From assembly GCA_964016885.1 (NCBI GenBank), contig OZ024740.1:210986001-211050000 (forward strand): a stretch of 64,000 bases of DNA, given 5' to 3'. Each line of letters opens with the position of its first letter. Within the stretch, counting starts at the first letter, position 1. Shown here piece by piece: positions 37,410 to 50,525 of this stretch. The notes beneath the pieces are model-generated. The model ran no database searches and was not told the DNA's origin. It saw nothing but the letters and a program-made list of their open reading frames with translations. A program made the translations under genes and the position numbers. This DNA is from Eledone cirrhosa (lineage: Eukaryota).

Positions 37410-37533
37410 CACGCACAGGGTTTTAAAATGCCATGAATGTGATTTTAAATATTTTTTAGCAGAATGTCATTTCAATTGACATTCTGCTAAAAAATATTTA
37501 AAATCACATTCATGGCATTTTAAAACCCTGTGC

Positions 37534-37536
<3 letters not shown>
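37410..37536. repeat. Perfect 60-bp-arm palindrome (7-nt loop) embedded in (TA)n; fold-back MITE-like
   Basis: 37410-37469 is the exact reverse complement of 37477-37536. Confidence 0.9.
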
Positions 37537-37578
<42 letters not shown>

Positions 37579-37939
37579 TATATATATATACACACACATA
37601 TATATATATACACATATATACATATATATACACATATACATATATATACATAGATATATACACATATATACATACATATATATACACATATATACATACA
37701 TATACATATATATACACATGTATACATATATATACATATATATACACATGTATACATATATATACACACACACATATATACACACACACACACATATATA
37801 CATATATATATACACATATATACATATATATACACACACACATATATATATATACACACACACATATATACATATATATATACACACACACACATATATA
37901 CATATATATATACACACACACATATATACATATATATAT

Positions 37940-37976
<37 letters not shown>

Positions 37977-37991
37977 GTTATAGTTATATTT

Positions 37992-40160
37992 GGGGAGGGT
38001 TATATTGTTATGATATTGCCAGAAATAATAATAAAACACACTCACTGTTTGGTTCAGATTGGTTTTCGCTTCTGTATATTTTATATCCCTATAGTTAATT
38101 TAGCTGGCAATCAATGTTTATCTTTGATTGACCAATGGTTAAAAATATAGATATAAATATATATATAGTCTATCAAAGTTCTTTCATCACACACCTGTGA
38201 CATCATCAGTGGTATTATTATGTTTCCTCCCATTGTATTGTAATGTCTACTCCATTTTTATTTTTATTTTATTTATCTATTTATTCGAAACAACACCACA
38301 GACACACGAGGAAAGAGAAAAGATCCTCAATGCTCACGTGATGTGGACCAACATCCTGAAACCAAGTAGACACACAGCCAATAATTTCCAAGCCTCTAAC
38401 AATGACATACCAACCTTGTATGGGCTCTGCAAAGACCATAAAACAACTAACGGCCCTATGACAGGACCACCAACAAGACCTGTATGTGGAGCCAATATTG
38501 CCAGCAACTACAGGACTTTCTACTTCCTCTCTATGATTATAATTAAGATGTCCCAGATATATGTGACAGCACAGAGGACCTCCTCAGTAGAATCAATGAA
38601 TGCAACAACAATGAAAATTTAACCAACTGCATAATAGGCAGTATGGATGTAGTGTCCTGTACCCATCCATTGACATTGATTTGGCTGTGGAAAAATGTGT
38701 GGAAATAATCAGTGAGAGTGAGGTGGAGTCCTGCGATGTTGACACGGATGAACTGGGCCTCCTACTTATGACAATGAATACTTAAATAATTATGACCATA
38801 GCAGTTTCTGCCCCAATAGGCCAATAAGAGGTAGATGTCCAATAGTGCTAAGTTTAATATTCTGATCGCAGACTTGGTAAGAGTGATGAAGAATGTGTCT
38901 CGCATGTGCGACCCAACTGAACTGGAAAGACACATAGAACACTTCAGCAATCGCATATAGTTCTCTGGCTACAACCAAAGAGACAGAATCAGGGCTACAA
39001 AGGCACCACGGAGAAATATAAGACCCTCATAGAAATGGACATGAAAGGAATTTACCCATTGTACAGGAGAAAATCATGGAATAGCGTAGATAAAACTAAA
39101 CATTAGATAGGGAAAGCCACTTCATGGTACGACAACCAGAGATACCGGAGTGTCATGATCATGGATGCAACCCCTGGAGGGAAATTAGCTAACCAATTTA
39201 GAGAGGCCCTAACAAAGAAGCATCTAAAGATTAAAGTGGTAGAAAAGCCAGGAACTACCATAAAATCCCTGATCAGCAAAACATACTCCTGTAAGAAAAC
39301 CCACTGTACTAAGGAATGGGTGTTACATGTAGAATAAATCTACAAGTAAATTGTAAAACTAAAAATGTAGTCTATAGCATAAGATGTACAGAGGGTACTT
39401 GCAGAAACATGACAACATACATAAGTGAGACAGTTCGAAGCATAGGGGAGAGATAGACCAACACTGGGGTGAACTAAAAGGACAAAAAGACGGTTCAGTA
39501 CTATATGAACACGCCAGACAAAGACATGATGGTAATATAGGCAAGATAGAAATTAAAATAATATCTAAACATAGAAATGACTCAACAAGTAGACAAATTA
39601 CGGAAGTAACTGAAATAGAACTAAGAAAACTGAAGTTGAACAGAAAAAAAAATATGGAATAACAACAACAACAACAACAACAACCACCATACACAAACAC
39701 ACAATACTGACCTAAGATAAATATAAATAAATATAAACAGATACAATAACAACACCCACACATATACACACACTAGTGACCAAACAGAAAACATACACAC
39801 AAGCGTGTGCGCAAACAAAGACAGAGACAAGAATAAATAAAGAAATAAAAATAAAAATGGAGTAGACATTACAATATGAGAGGAAACATAATACCACTGA
39901 TGATGTCACAAGTGTGTGATGAAAGAACTTCGATAGACTATATATATATATATATATATATTTTTTTAAACCGTTGGTCAATCAAAGATAAACATTCATT
40001 GCCAGTTAAATTAACTATAGAGATATAAAATACACAGAAGTGAAAATCAATCCAAACCAAACAGTGAGTGTGTTTTATTATTATTTCTGGCAATATTATA
40101 ACAATATGACCCTCCCCTGTTTGTTGCAACGCATGATTTCATATCAAAAACGTTGCAAAA
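37992..40160 (+). mobile_element. Decayed Penelope-like element (possibly Nematis-like) with inverted pseudo-LTRs
   Basis: Frameshifted RT remnants (IPTLYGLCKDHK..GPPTRPVCGA; IIGSMDV), linker (DATPGGKLA..IKVVEKPG) and GIY-YIG remnants (NVVYSIRC..; SVLYEHAR). An ~290-bp inverted repeat pairs 37992-38285 with 39831-40117, followed by a terminal hairpin TTGCAACG..CGTTGCAA. Confidence 0.85.
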
Positions 40161-40748
40161 AATAAATAAATAAATAAATAAATAAAAAAAAAATATATAT
40201 ATAACCACAGGGCTTTCCTGGTGATTTCTTTTGAATCAAACAGTTCTAGTCCTGTAGACGATATTTCTATATTAAATATGATGTTTACACTCAACTAATG
40301 TATTAAGTACATTACTAACTGTGGTTACCCCCAATTGAACCTGGGACTCTCACACACATTCATATATATATATACATTGTTTCTGAGGAAGACAGTGAGC
40401 AATTATGTGGCTAGAAGGAAGGTGAAGTTTCGATGCTCTAGTTTGTTTTTAGGTTTTTCAACTTTACTTTCTCCATTGTTATCCCATTCTTACTTCTCCA
40501 TCTCAACATATATACTCCATCACTCTCTCTCTCTCCCTCCTAACTTTTTCTCTCTCTTCTTCTTCTCTGACAGCTCTTCCATTCATGAAGAGGTTTTGTT
40601 TAACCCAACTCTTTGCTATGATCATCTTAGCAGCTGGCTGTTTTACAGCTATTGCTGTGTTCAAGATTCCTACAATTTTACAAAATATTTACACACTCAA
40701 CACTCTAAATCCTTCCAAATCATGTTTACAAATACACACACACATATT

Positions 40749-40788
<40 letters not shown>

Positions 40789-41273
40789 TGCAGCTATATA
40801 AATATATATAAAATGTGGGTAATAATACATATTACCCAATTACAAGCATGAAAATAGCTCAATGTAAAATAACAAGTACAGAGCTGAAATATGTGTATTG
40901 ATAACACTTCAATCTATATGTGATATTTTACTTTAATGACTGAATTACATAATTAAAAATATTTTTTGGAGATGTATTTCTAAAATTATATTTGAATTGC
41001 ATGCCTTCTCTTAACTTTATAAAATTTTTTAACTACTTAGGATATATGTTTTTCACTGTACTTAACTTTTCTCTAACAGCATGCTTTTTATTTTTTAATT
41101 TATAATTTTTAATGCTTTTATCTGCTCCTAATTTTTATTGCATTTATCTGCTCCTATTCTTATGCTTCTTCCGCCTCTGTTATCTTATATACATCTTGAT
41201 ACTTATTCTTATCTAGCCTCTCAATGTTCTTGTGACAAAGTTTTGATATTATATTTGTGTTTGACCTTTGTTA

Positions 41274-41330
41274 TCTACTCTGATGATTCCAGCCTGGTGT
41301 TAGGATGAAACGATCAGAAGTGATTAAATG
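41274..41330 (+). ncRNA. Candidate minimal type-I hammerhead ribozyme (PLE pLTR remnant)
   Basis: CTACT-CTGATGA-T-TCC..GGA-T-GAAA-CGATC-AGAAG: conserved core boxes, short stem II, 4/5-bp stem I, downstream ATTAAA. Confidence 0.5.
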
Positions 41331-41359
41331 TTTTAAACAATATTTGATTTTCATTGTGT

Positions 41360-41458
<99 letters not shown>

Positions 41459-41934
41459 ACCTAGGTTAAGAAATGGTGAGTGGAATTTGAAAATTGAATT
41501 ATTAGATTTCGCCTTAACTTTCACTAAATAAAATAGTCTATGTGGCAACATGGATACGCCGGAGATCCAAACTTGGACATATCTTGGATATGATTACCAG
41601 GAAGAAAGAGTTCCATGTAAGTATTTGTACCAGTATGGCAATGACAGCCATGAAGAACCAAATGAGAGATAATACGGACGAACAGAACACAACTGCCAAG
41701 ACATCAAGAATAAAGATAACAGTGAAATGAGAGAAAAGAGATTTGAGGAAAACCTTCTGAAAACTTGAAAACATCTTCAGTAATTTGTTATAGAAAGGAT
41801 TTCAAAAGTTTAAGTAAAACGAAAGCCAAAACCATGCATTAAAATTGGTTTAGTAGTTACATCAGAGAATACTATAATTAATTAAGAGTAGAATTATTTT
41901 AATGAGTTGTAGAACTAGAATAAATTCTCATGCT

Positions 41935-42695
41935 CACGCCACACCACACCACGTCACACCACACCATGCCATGCCACACTGCACTACACTACAGTATAGT
42001 ACAGTACACAACACCACACCACACTACACTATACTACACCACACTACACTATACCATACCGCACTATACCACACCACTTTACACTATACTACCACACCAC
42101 ACTACACACCACAGTACAGTACACTACACCCCTCTACACTATACTACCACACCACACTACACTACAACACACCACACCACTCTACAGTACACTACATCAC
42201 ACCACTCCACACTACAGTACACTACATCACACCACCCCACACTACACTACACCACACCACACCACACTATACTACAGCACACCACACCACACTATACTAC
42301 AGCACACTACACTACAGTAGACCACATCACACCACACTACAGTAGACCACACCACACTACACCAAACCACACCACACTAAACTAAACCACACCACACTAC
42401 ACTACACCAGACTACACTACACCACACCAGACTACACTACACCAAACCACACTATACTACACCACACCAGACTACACCACACCACACCAGACTACACTAC
42501 ACTACACCAGACTACACTACACCACACCACACCACACCAGACTACACTACACCACACCACACCAGACTACACCACACCACACCAGACTACACTACACTAC
42601 ACCAGACTACACTACACCAAACCACACCACACCACACCACACCAGACTACACTACACCACACCAGACTACACTACACCACACCACACCACACTAC
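41935..42695. repeat. Degenerate pentanucleotide satellite (CACTA/CACCA)n, just downstream of exon 42756-42857
   Basis: Read directly. Confidence 0.9.
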
Positions 42696-42755
42696 AGAGA
42701 GAGACAGAGCAATGTAAGGAATGGCAGGAACGGTGTTTAAGCAGCTGCTGTGTAC

Positions 42756-42857
42756 CTGTGCGAGGATTTATTATCATACTTCCTGCTGGAATGGATTCAT
42801 AACCAGACACCACCAAAAAGTACTGGGGTTTATTTTGTTGCACTGGTGATGACACAC
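42756..42857 (-). CDS. R3HDM1/R3HDM2/ARPP21: R3HDM-family exon (GVSSPVQQNKPQYFLVVSGYESIPAGSMIINPRT), 102 nt
   Basis: IPAGSMIINPRTG matches the family motif PPGSILxNPxTG. Acceptor ttatcag|GT, donor ACAG|gtacac. Confidence 0.9.
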
Positions 42858-43271
42858 CTGATAACGGAATAAGATAACCAACTTCACAAATCAAAAGAAA
42901 GAAAACGATGACAAACTAAACCTAACTTTCAATTTAAACAAAACAAAACATTTAACAACCAAAATATTCTTTTCAAAATAAAATTATCATCAACTTATTT
43001 AAATATAATTACAAAACTGACATTTACTAAAGATATATTGAGTGAAATTGCTATGACAATAATATATGTGTATGAGTGGAAGTCTGTGTGTGTATGTGTT
43101 CATGAGTGTAAGTGTATGTTTGTGTGTGTGGTGCATGAATATCAGTCAGTGTGTGTAAGCATGTATGCGTTAGCATGTGTGCATACATGCGCATTTGTAT
43201 TTGTGTGTGTGTCTGTGGATGTTTAATGAAATACAAAGCTAATGTAATTCTTAGTGTCTATCTCAGTATTA

Positions 43272-43453
43272 CATAGGTTGGCTGAAAAGTTCATAGGCTC
43301 ATTATGAAGAAGTGATGCTAGAGCTGTGAAATCCTGCAAGCTTGAATTTCAACTTTTATTAATAACTGTATTGTTTCTTTCCAGAGACTACGTTGAAAAT
43401 TAAACCTCATTTGGTCATTCCATGAGAGTATCTTGGTCTGCTCAGCCAATGAA
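43272..43453. mobile_element. Tc1/mariner-like MITE
   Basis: TIR GGTTGGCTGAAAAGTTCAT / ATGAACTTTTCAGCCGACC with TA flanks. A second copy lies at about 45717-45915. Confidence 0.8.
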
Positions 43454-44451
43454 CTTTTCAGCCGACCCTCATACATTAAAAAGTTACCTTACAATATATT
43501 TGATTTGAGGTGTTTCCAGAGTCATTAAAAAATAAAGGCTTTTGTTGGTTTTTTTTTGTTTACAACCTAGCAGAAACAATTTTCTTTCAGGTAGACAATT
43601 AAACAAACTTAGTTGTTATTTAGATATTAGCATGGAAGATAGATGTTAAATGATGATGATGATCTAAATAACTTCCAGGTATGTTTCTTGTCTAAAGTCT
43701 GTCTCAAGCCTGGAGGCTCATCAGGCCGGTGCTTATCCCTGTTTTAGTGGCGTGAAGCAACCGACCCTCTGGACAGGATTTGCTGGTACTCGTTTTCAGC
43801 TGAGAATACTGGAGCAACACGAAATGAAGTGCTTGCTAAAGAAGACAACATGCAACCCAGTCCAGGAACCGAACCCATGACATTCTAATTGTCAGTCTTA
43901 CCACTAGGCCACACAGCTCCACAGAACAGAACACACAACCCACTCCAGGAATCGAACCCATTATAATCGTAGGTCCCTTACCATTATAAAAATAGAGAGT
44001 AGAATGAGATGATGTGAGTTAACATCATATATATGAAGTCATGTTAATGACTGCTGTAACACAACAACTTGAAATTGAGAAGACCAAATATATTTTTTTA
44101 AATATGGTCCATTTTTCTTCATTATAAATTTTTAAATTTTAATAATAATAAAAAAATAAGTTAATTATGTACAGTGGTATATTCAATACAAAAATATTCA
44201 AATGACAAAGATTTTAAAAGTAAAAGTCCTTTACACGAACCCCCCCCCCCCCCCCTCATACACAAACACATATACATATATAATATGGTTGGCGTTAGGA
44301 AGGGTGTCCAGCAATAGAAACCAAGCCAAAATCAGTTCTGGGTGAGCAAAATACTGTCCTCTGACCTGGTTATCCCACAACGGGACAGCACAACCTACCC
44401 ATGTTAGTGTGGAAAATGGATGTTAAACAATGATGACAACATATATATATA

Positions 44452-45022
44452 TATAATATATTATAAAGAAAGAAGAAACATTAGATATAAATAAAAAGAT
44501 ATACCATACCTAAATTCCTTCATTATCCTCGATTACGTAGTTTCGTGGCTATTATGCAAAAACATTGCATCATAGAGATGCAGTATTTTTGTGAGGTTTG
44601 CCGACTTATCAAGAGGATACCTCATTTAGAGTTTCAAAACACCTCCGTAGGACACGAGATAGAATCCCGAAAAGCGGGGGGGGGGGGGGGGGGGGGACCT
44701 TATCACGTGATAAGTTCCCCCTCCGCCTTTCGGGATTCTATCTCGTGTCCTACAGACGTGTTTTGAAACTCTAAATGAGGTATCCTCTTGATAAGTCGGC
44801 AAACCTCACAAAAATACTGCATCTCTATGATGCAATGTTTTTGCATAATAGCCACGAAACTACGTAATCGAGGATAATGAAGGAATTTAGGTATGGTATA
44901 TCTTTTTATTTATATCTAATGTTTCTTCTTTCTTTATAATGTATTATAATGCTCTGATATTGAATCAATCTAATCCATTCGGATTATTTTGTCCCTATTA
45001 TTCCTAGAGCAACAACGGATAT
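44452..45022 (+). mobile_element. Spacerless ~500-bp palindrome (44452-44948) plus unpaired ~70-bp tail; PLE-like pLTR fold-back
   Basis: Centre CTTATCAC|GTGATAAG at 44706/44707. Arms near-identical except for a G21 run. Tail reads ATGCTCTGAT...AGAGCAACAACGGA. PLE origin is inferred. Confidence 0.75.
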
Positions 45023-45716
45023 ATGTGGGTATATGCATGTATATGTATGTATTCGCATGTGTCTGTGTATTTCTTTGTATTGTATATATATATACATACA
45101 CACACACTCATAAAGATTCTATTCTATGAACTGGAAAAATAATAAATGAGGAAGAGAGAAAAAAATAAACACTTTCTTATACTCATATTGACATTTCAAA
45201 TATAAAATGATAAAAAAAAAGGAAAAAAAGAGTATTTTAAACCTGGCACAGCTCATTCCCCTCACTATGTCTGAACATTGAGAGAGAGAGTGGTAGAGAC
45301 GAAGAATCAACTAGAGAGAGTGGTAGTAGAGAACAAGTATCAACTCCAGTACTAGTCTGCTACATTCTTTTATCCACCACGAAAGGATGAAAGGTGAAGT
45401 TGACCTCGGTGGATTTTGAACTGAGAGGCAGAGAACTGGAAAGAATGCTGCAAATCATTCTACATGATGTACTAAAGACTGTCAAATTGCTGCCTATAAT
45501 TATTTCTATAGAATACTTTAATTTAAAATAATCCTACAGCAGTGTCCAGAGGGACTTTATTTCACTTTTTGTTAAACTACCAGAGTGTTGGATAGTTAGG
45601 ACATTTTTAGAATATGTAAGAATCCTAAATGCAAAATAACTGTAATGACAGTCAATTTGCTTTAATTATAGCTTAGAAAATTGGATAAAATACCCCTTTG
45701 TACAGAAAAAGTGGTC

Positions 45717-45915
45717 AGAGGCTGGGCTGAAAAGTTCAAAGGCTGGCTATGAAAGAGTGATGCTAAAGCTGTGAAATTTTGCAGGCATTAAATTCAACTC
45801 TTCTTATTAATAACTGCATTGTTTCTTTCCAGGGACTATGTTGAAAAATAAACCCCATTTGATCAATCCAAGAGAATATCTTGGTCAGCCTATGAACTTT
45901 TCAGCTGTGCCTTGT
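45717..45915. mobile_element. Tc1/mariner-like MITE (second copy)
   Basis: GGCTGAAAAGTTCA...TGAACTTTTCAGC; interior homologous to 43272-43453. Confidence 0.75.
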
Positions 45916-48049
45916 AGCTCAATGGCTAGAGCCACTGAGCCAAAATTTGAGAGATATGAAGTTCGATATTGTTGTTAAGGACATTGAGCTGTAAAACCCA
46001 AGCCAATAATTGGAATGTATGTGTCAGATGCGCAGTCTCTGTGTCAACATACCTAAGAGGGCAGTAATGTTGAATAAGAACTGAATTAGACTGTAAAAAC
46101 TCATCTAATCCATGCCAGTATGGAAATGATGAAGTAAAATTAAATGAATATATATATAATTCAAATTTTAAGAAAACCAAGGATAGTATTATTATTATTT
46201 ATTAATACATCACTGCGTATGTTTCAACATGGCTAGAGTATCGCATTTATTTGTGGAGAGAACTGGATATTACCAGTTAATTATTACACTATAACCTTAT
46301 ATATATATTAAAAAAGCTGTTTCATTCCAGATATTGTTAATCTTAAAAAATTGTTTCATTTCCAGCTTTTTTCCTTTTTGTTCTTTGTAAAAATATGATG
46401 AGTATGTTTTCTATTAAGTAGTGGATATTTTGTGTCAATTTTTGAAAGAATACTTTTAACCCATTGTACATCAGAAGTACTGGGGTCAATTCTTCCTTTA
46501 TATCTCTGAGACAGCGAATTAGCAGTCATTAGAACATCGGATGGTAGGCTTTGCAGCTCTCTACGCTCAAATCCCAGCGAGGTCAACTGTGCCTTTCATC
46601 CATTTGAAGTCGATAAAAAAAGTATCTGTCTAGTACTGGGGTCAATTTTTCCTCTATATCTCTTTCTCACTTTTTTCTCTCACTCTCTCTATCCTTTGGT
46701 GGAAAAAGTCTGCAGTATTTAGACCTGGAGATGAGATGCATTCCACCAGATTTTAAAATGCTATAACTGTATAGAAAACAATTGCAATCCAAGAGATAGA
46801 CATGCATGTCATTTGGGATTGCAATCTCAAATATATTTTTTTTTTTATAAAAAAAAAAAGATATATTGTTTTAAGTTTAATATAACCAGCACACCAGTTT
46901 CTTATCTTGATGACAAGAAAAATAGTGTATAATAGTGCATATATATATACATATATATATATATATAATGCAGAAGAGATTTATTACAAGCTGATATGCA
47001 TGACATAGATTACTAACTGTCATTATGCTTATTTGTAAAGTACAATCAAAATTATGTGATGCAGAAATATTTACAGATACCATACAGAAATGGAGAAAAC
47101 ACACACACACACACACACATGGAATACACTTATATCCCTAGTCTGAGATGAGTTGGGCATAATGATGCTGGTGCAATGTTTCTGACTTTAATCCACCATT
47201 CCAGGTCTTAAACATTTCACTTCTACAGACTCAGCAATGGAAGTACTAACAGAACAAGTTACAAAGCAGAGATGTTGCAACAATGATACAGATACCACTC
47301 AAAGTTAATTTTCTTGACATTTGCAAACATAAAGGCTTCTGGTTCTAATTAACCTGTAAATGACCTCTCATAGGTCTGCTATAAAGAAATCAGTGTCTCA
47401 CTGTTTAACTAGCGTTTGTCTTACAAAAACTATAATTATCTATTTTGGATGGGTTTTTCTGTATTGTACATATGGAAACATTTAATTCATCATTTCAATA
47501 AGAAACAATGGTTCCCAAAAACTTTAAAGTATATAATAATTGTTTCTACTTTGGCACAAGGCCAGCAATTACCCAGTACATTACTGGTACTTTATTTTAT
47601 CGACCCCGTAAGGATGAAAGGCAAAGTAAACCTCGGCGGGATTTGAACTCAGACCGTAAAGTGACTTAACTATACTGGAAAGCATGGCATCCGACTCTCT
47701 ACCGATATAATAATGAGTATCTGCTTCATTCATTATTTTTTTCCTTGTGTTAAAATCTTACAGGCATTATCTAGACATAAATTATAATAATGTTTTCTGA
47801 TTTAGGCACAAGGCCAACAGTTTTGGGGAGGGGAAAGTCGATTAAATCGACCCCAGTATGTTACTGGTACTTTATTTTATCGACTCCATAAGGGTGAAAG
47901 GCAAAGCTAACTTCGGCGGGATTTGAACTCTGAATATAAAGGGCCGTAACTTTATGCTGCAAAGCATAATGTCCAATTCTCCAACTATACTGCCAATCCA
48001 CCACCCTAATAAAATATAATAGTGAAGTAAGTAAATATTAGAGCAAATG

Positions 48050-48330
48050 AGGCCTACAAAGCTTAACTTGGAAATAAGTCCTCCTTCTTGCACTTGCTGT
48101 AGAAGCAGGCATGAAAAGTTGCAGTGGAGACAATAAAGGTGTCCAAAGTTAAGACAAGGGAGGATTTTGGGGTTAAGCTAGAATCTGACTTCAGATCAGC
48201 AAATAAAGTATTCTGGCAGACAATCTACCAACTTCATAAGACGTTCTCCCCCATACCTGCTCAAGAACACATCTGGGGTTCTCCTCTCTACAGAGAGGTA
48301 CATCCTTATAAGGTGGAAGAAGAAGAGTAT
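48050..48330 (+). mobile_element. RTE LINE internal fragment; related 3' ends at 52470-52800 (-) and 57520-57710 (+)
   Basis: EDFGVKLESDFRSANKVFWQTI; VEPLLL.IERSQLRYYGHVIRM on the minus strand near 52660-52710. Confidence 0.65.
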
Positions 48331-49618
48331 ACTACTAAATGTTAAACTATGAAGAACTGCTAAACTATTGCTTATATTATCCAAAATGCTAAGGCAGCAT
48401 CTAATCAAGTTATAAGAGGAATACTGTGGTGTAGATAGTTAAACATGAGACAATGAAAATGAAATAATGCATGCATGATTGGAGATAAGACTGATGAGTT
48501 TTAGAAAGAATTATCTAAAGAAAGAGAACCAAAAAATATAGAAATGAGTGAAAGGTAAAATGATATATATCAATATCTGGATATATATCCACATTAACAC
48601 ATATATCGATCCTTAAAGTTACTTTACATATATGTACGGAGCAACTTAATGTCAAATATATAAGTTAATAAGCATTCATATTTTGTATATCTAGTAATAT
48701 ACGGTATGTTTCCAAATAAACATTTTGAAAGCCTTCAGCTATGAATTTGGAAACTGATAACATAGCACAATCTAGCAGATTCCAGCAGAAGCAAAGAGTG
48801 GATAACTGACAACGATGATGTCGTTTCTGACTCTGGTCATTATCAAGTCAGTACTACCTTACCCTGCTCTCTGTTGGAACTCAATATAGGCAAAAACATA
48901 TAGTTACTAAGCTCTAGTAGCTTACTACCAACTAATAACATTTATATTCCCATCTACAATAAACTATTCTTTAATGTGAATATTAGAGCATTCACTTTTA
49001 AATTACATTGCTCGACAGTTCAATATAAGTTTTACAAAATAGCTCTCAAAATCAATTGATCATTAAAAAATATAAACAAAAAAAATATTTTCAAAATCAA
49101 ATGAATCAATAACTATTAGCATATCCTTTGTTGGTTGTTGATTGATAGCCTTAGTAATTGATTTTAGTGGGTTTATATTTTCACTTGGAGAAAATTGAAC
49201 ACATAAGTAGCAGAGTAAAATATTAGTCACCAATAAAGGTTGAACTTCAATAAGTAGGTTATAATAACAACTCTTTTATAAATAGTTAAAATTGTTGCCT
49301 TTGTGTATTATTCCCCTGTTTGAAAAGTAAAAATAAACCTGTTGATTACTAGTAATATAGAACAGATAATGCATTAAAAGTAATTGAAATATTTTAGAAA
49401 TGTTTCAATAGCATAAAAACATCAACTGTAGTATATATTTCAATAATGAAAGGAGTACAGTAGATTACTGCATGTTGAATGAGTTTGTATTTGTCAAATA
49501 TTCAATTGAAAGTTTTTCCAATGTTTGATATTAGAATACTGTGAAAGGGTTACATACTTTTGGGGGTTTGTTGTTTTTTTACCTCCAATAAAAAGATTTG
49601 AATGAAAATATTATTTAC

Positions 49619-49768
49619 CTGCAGAGTTAGTTTGCAGAGGGGATTGAATAGGAGCTGATGCAGTACTGCTCCCTATAAAATGTGGACTGACACTACTTCG
49701 TGGAGGGGTACAAGGAATAGTTGGCATTGGACTTCCAAGGCAGCTGGATGTTCCACTGCTAATAGAAT
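49619..49768 (-). CDS. R3HDM1/R3HDM2/ARPP21: R3HDM-family exon (DSISSGTSSCLGSP...TNSA), 150 nt, phase 1-1
   Basis: Pyrimidine tract plus catag|AT acceptor and GCAG|gtaaat donor. Ser/Pro-rich and in frame with both neighbours. Confidence 0.85.
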
Positions 49769-50019
49769 CTATGAAAAAGAAAAGAAAAGAAAATCTTAAA
49801 TCCACAAGATGTTCAAGATGAAGCATATATTAGTGTAATGTTTATACTTGGTTCTAAAACTACGGTGATCATATCAGATTCTGGAGCTGAAATATTAAAT
49901 ATCAAAAAAACAGAAAATAACAAAAAATGATATAGAACGTCTATGAACAGCTTTAAACATTTTTTTTATATAAACTCATTGGACTGTGTAAGTGGTTGAG
50001 TATGTGTATATATGTGTGA

Positions 50020-50525
50020 CGTCTGAACAAGCACCCCCCACTTCCAACTAACTTACCCTTGGCTGACAGGATGGAGAAAACATTGCCTTGGAGGACAGTG
50101 AGGGAGACGCGCTGGAACAGCCACTCCACCTCGCACCTATAAGCAGCCAGCTCTGCTCTGATAGAAGTGAGCAGGGATGTGGTCCAGGGGTCCAAGAATG
50201 CCGGAAGTCTCCACTGCTACAGGCTCTACCACAAACCTATCAGAGAGCAGCTGATATTTGGACAGTTTTCCGTCTTCGGCATGGTGAGCAGCAGAGCCTG
50301 GACCAGTAGCCAAACACACCATGTTGCCACTAGAGGTGTCACAGCATGTAGCATCTCAGATGAGGGGCCTACCCCTGTGGAATGGGAAGATTGTCATGCT
50401 GTCTGGTCTTTTACCATCCCCTTAGTCCAGCCTCACTGGCTCAAGCTTGGAAGGGAAGCCTGCACCATCCAGGCCATGCTTTATGATCATGTTGAAAGCA
50501 GCATGGCATGGGAGGTGGCCAACAC
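50020..50525 (-). mobile_element. CRE-clade LINE 3' fragment (restriction-like endonuclease end)
   Basis: DGKRPDSMTIFPF.RGRPLI*DATC..PVAVETSGILGP..WLFQRVSLTVLQGN. A homologous copy lies at 5613-5960 on the + strand. Confidence 0.8.

Noticed and set aside
37467-38150. YI/CV/HT-repeat ORFs (also 41902-42385, 54506-54766, 59622-60655, 63226-63717)
   Set aside because: Translations of (TA)n/(CA)n/(CACTA)n microsatellites.
48860-48885. Possible microexon (…ccaacagagAGCAGG|gtaagg on minus strand)
   Set aside because: The donor is strong, but the best acceptor gives 8 nt (a frameshift) and the 6-nt option uses a weak GAG. Needs RNA-seq.
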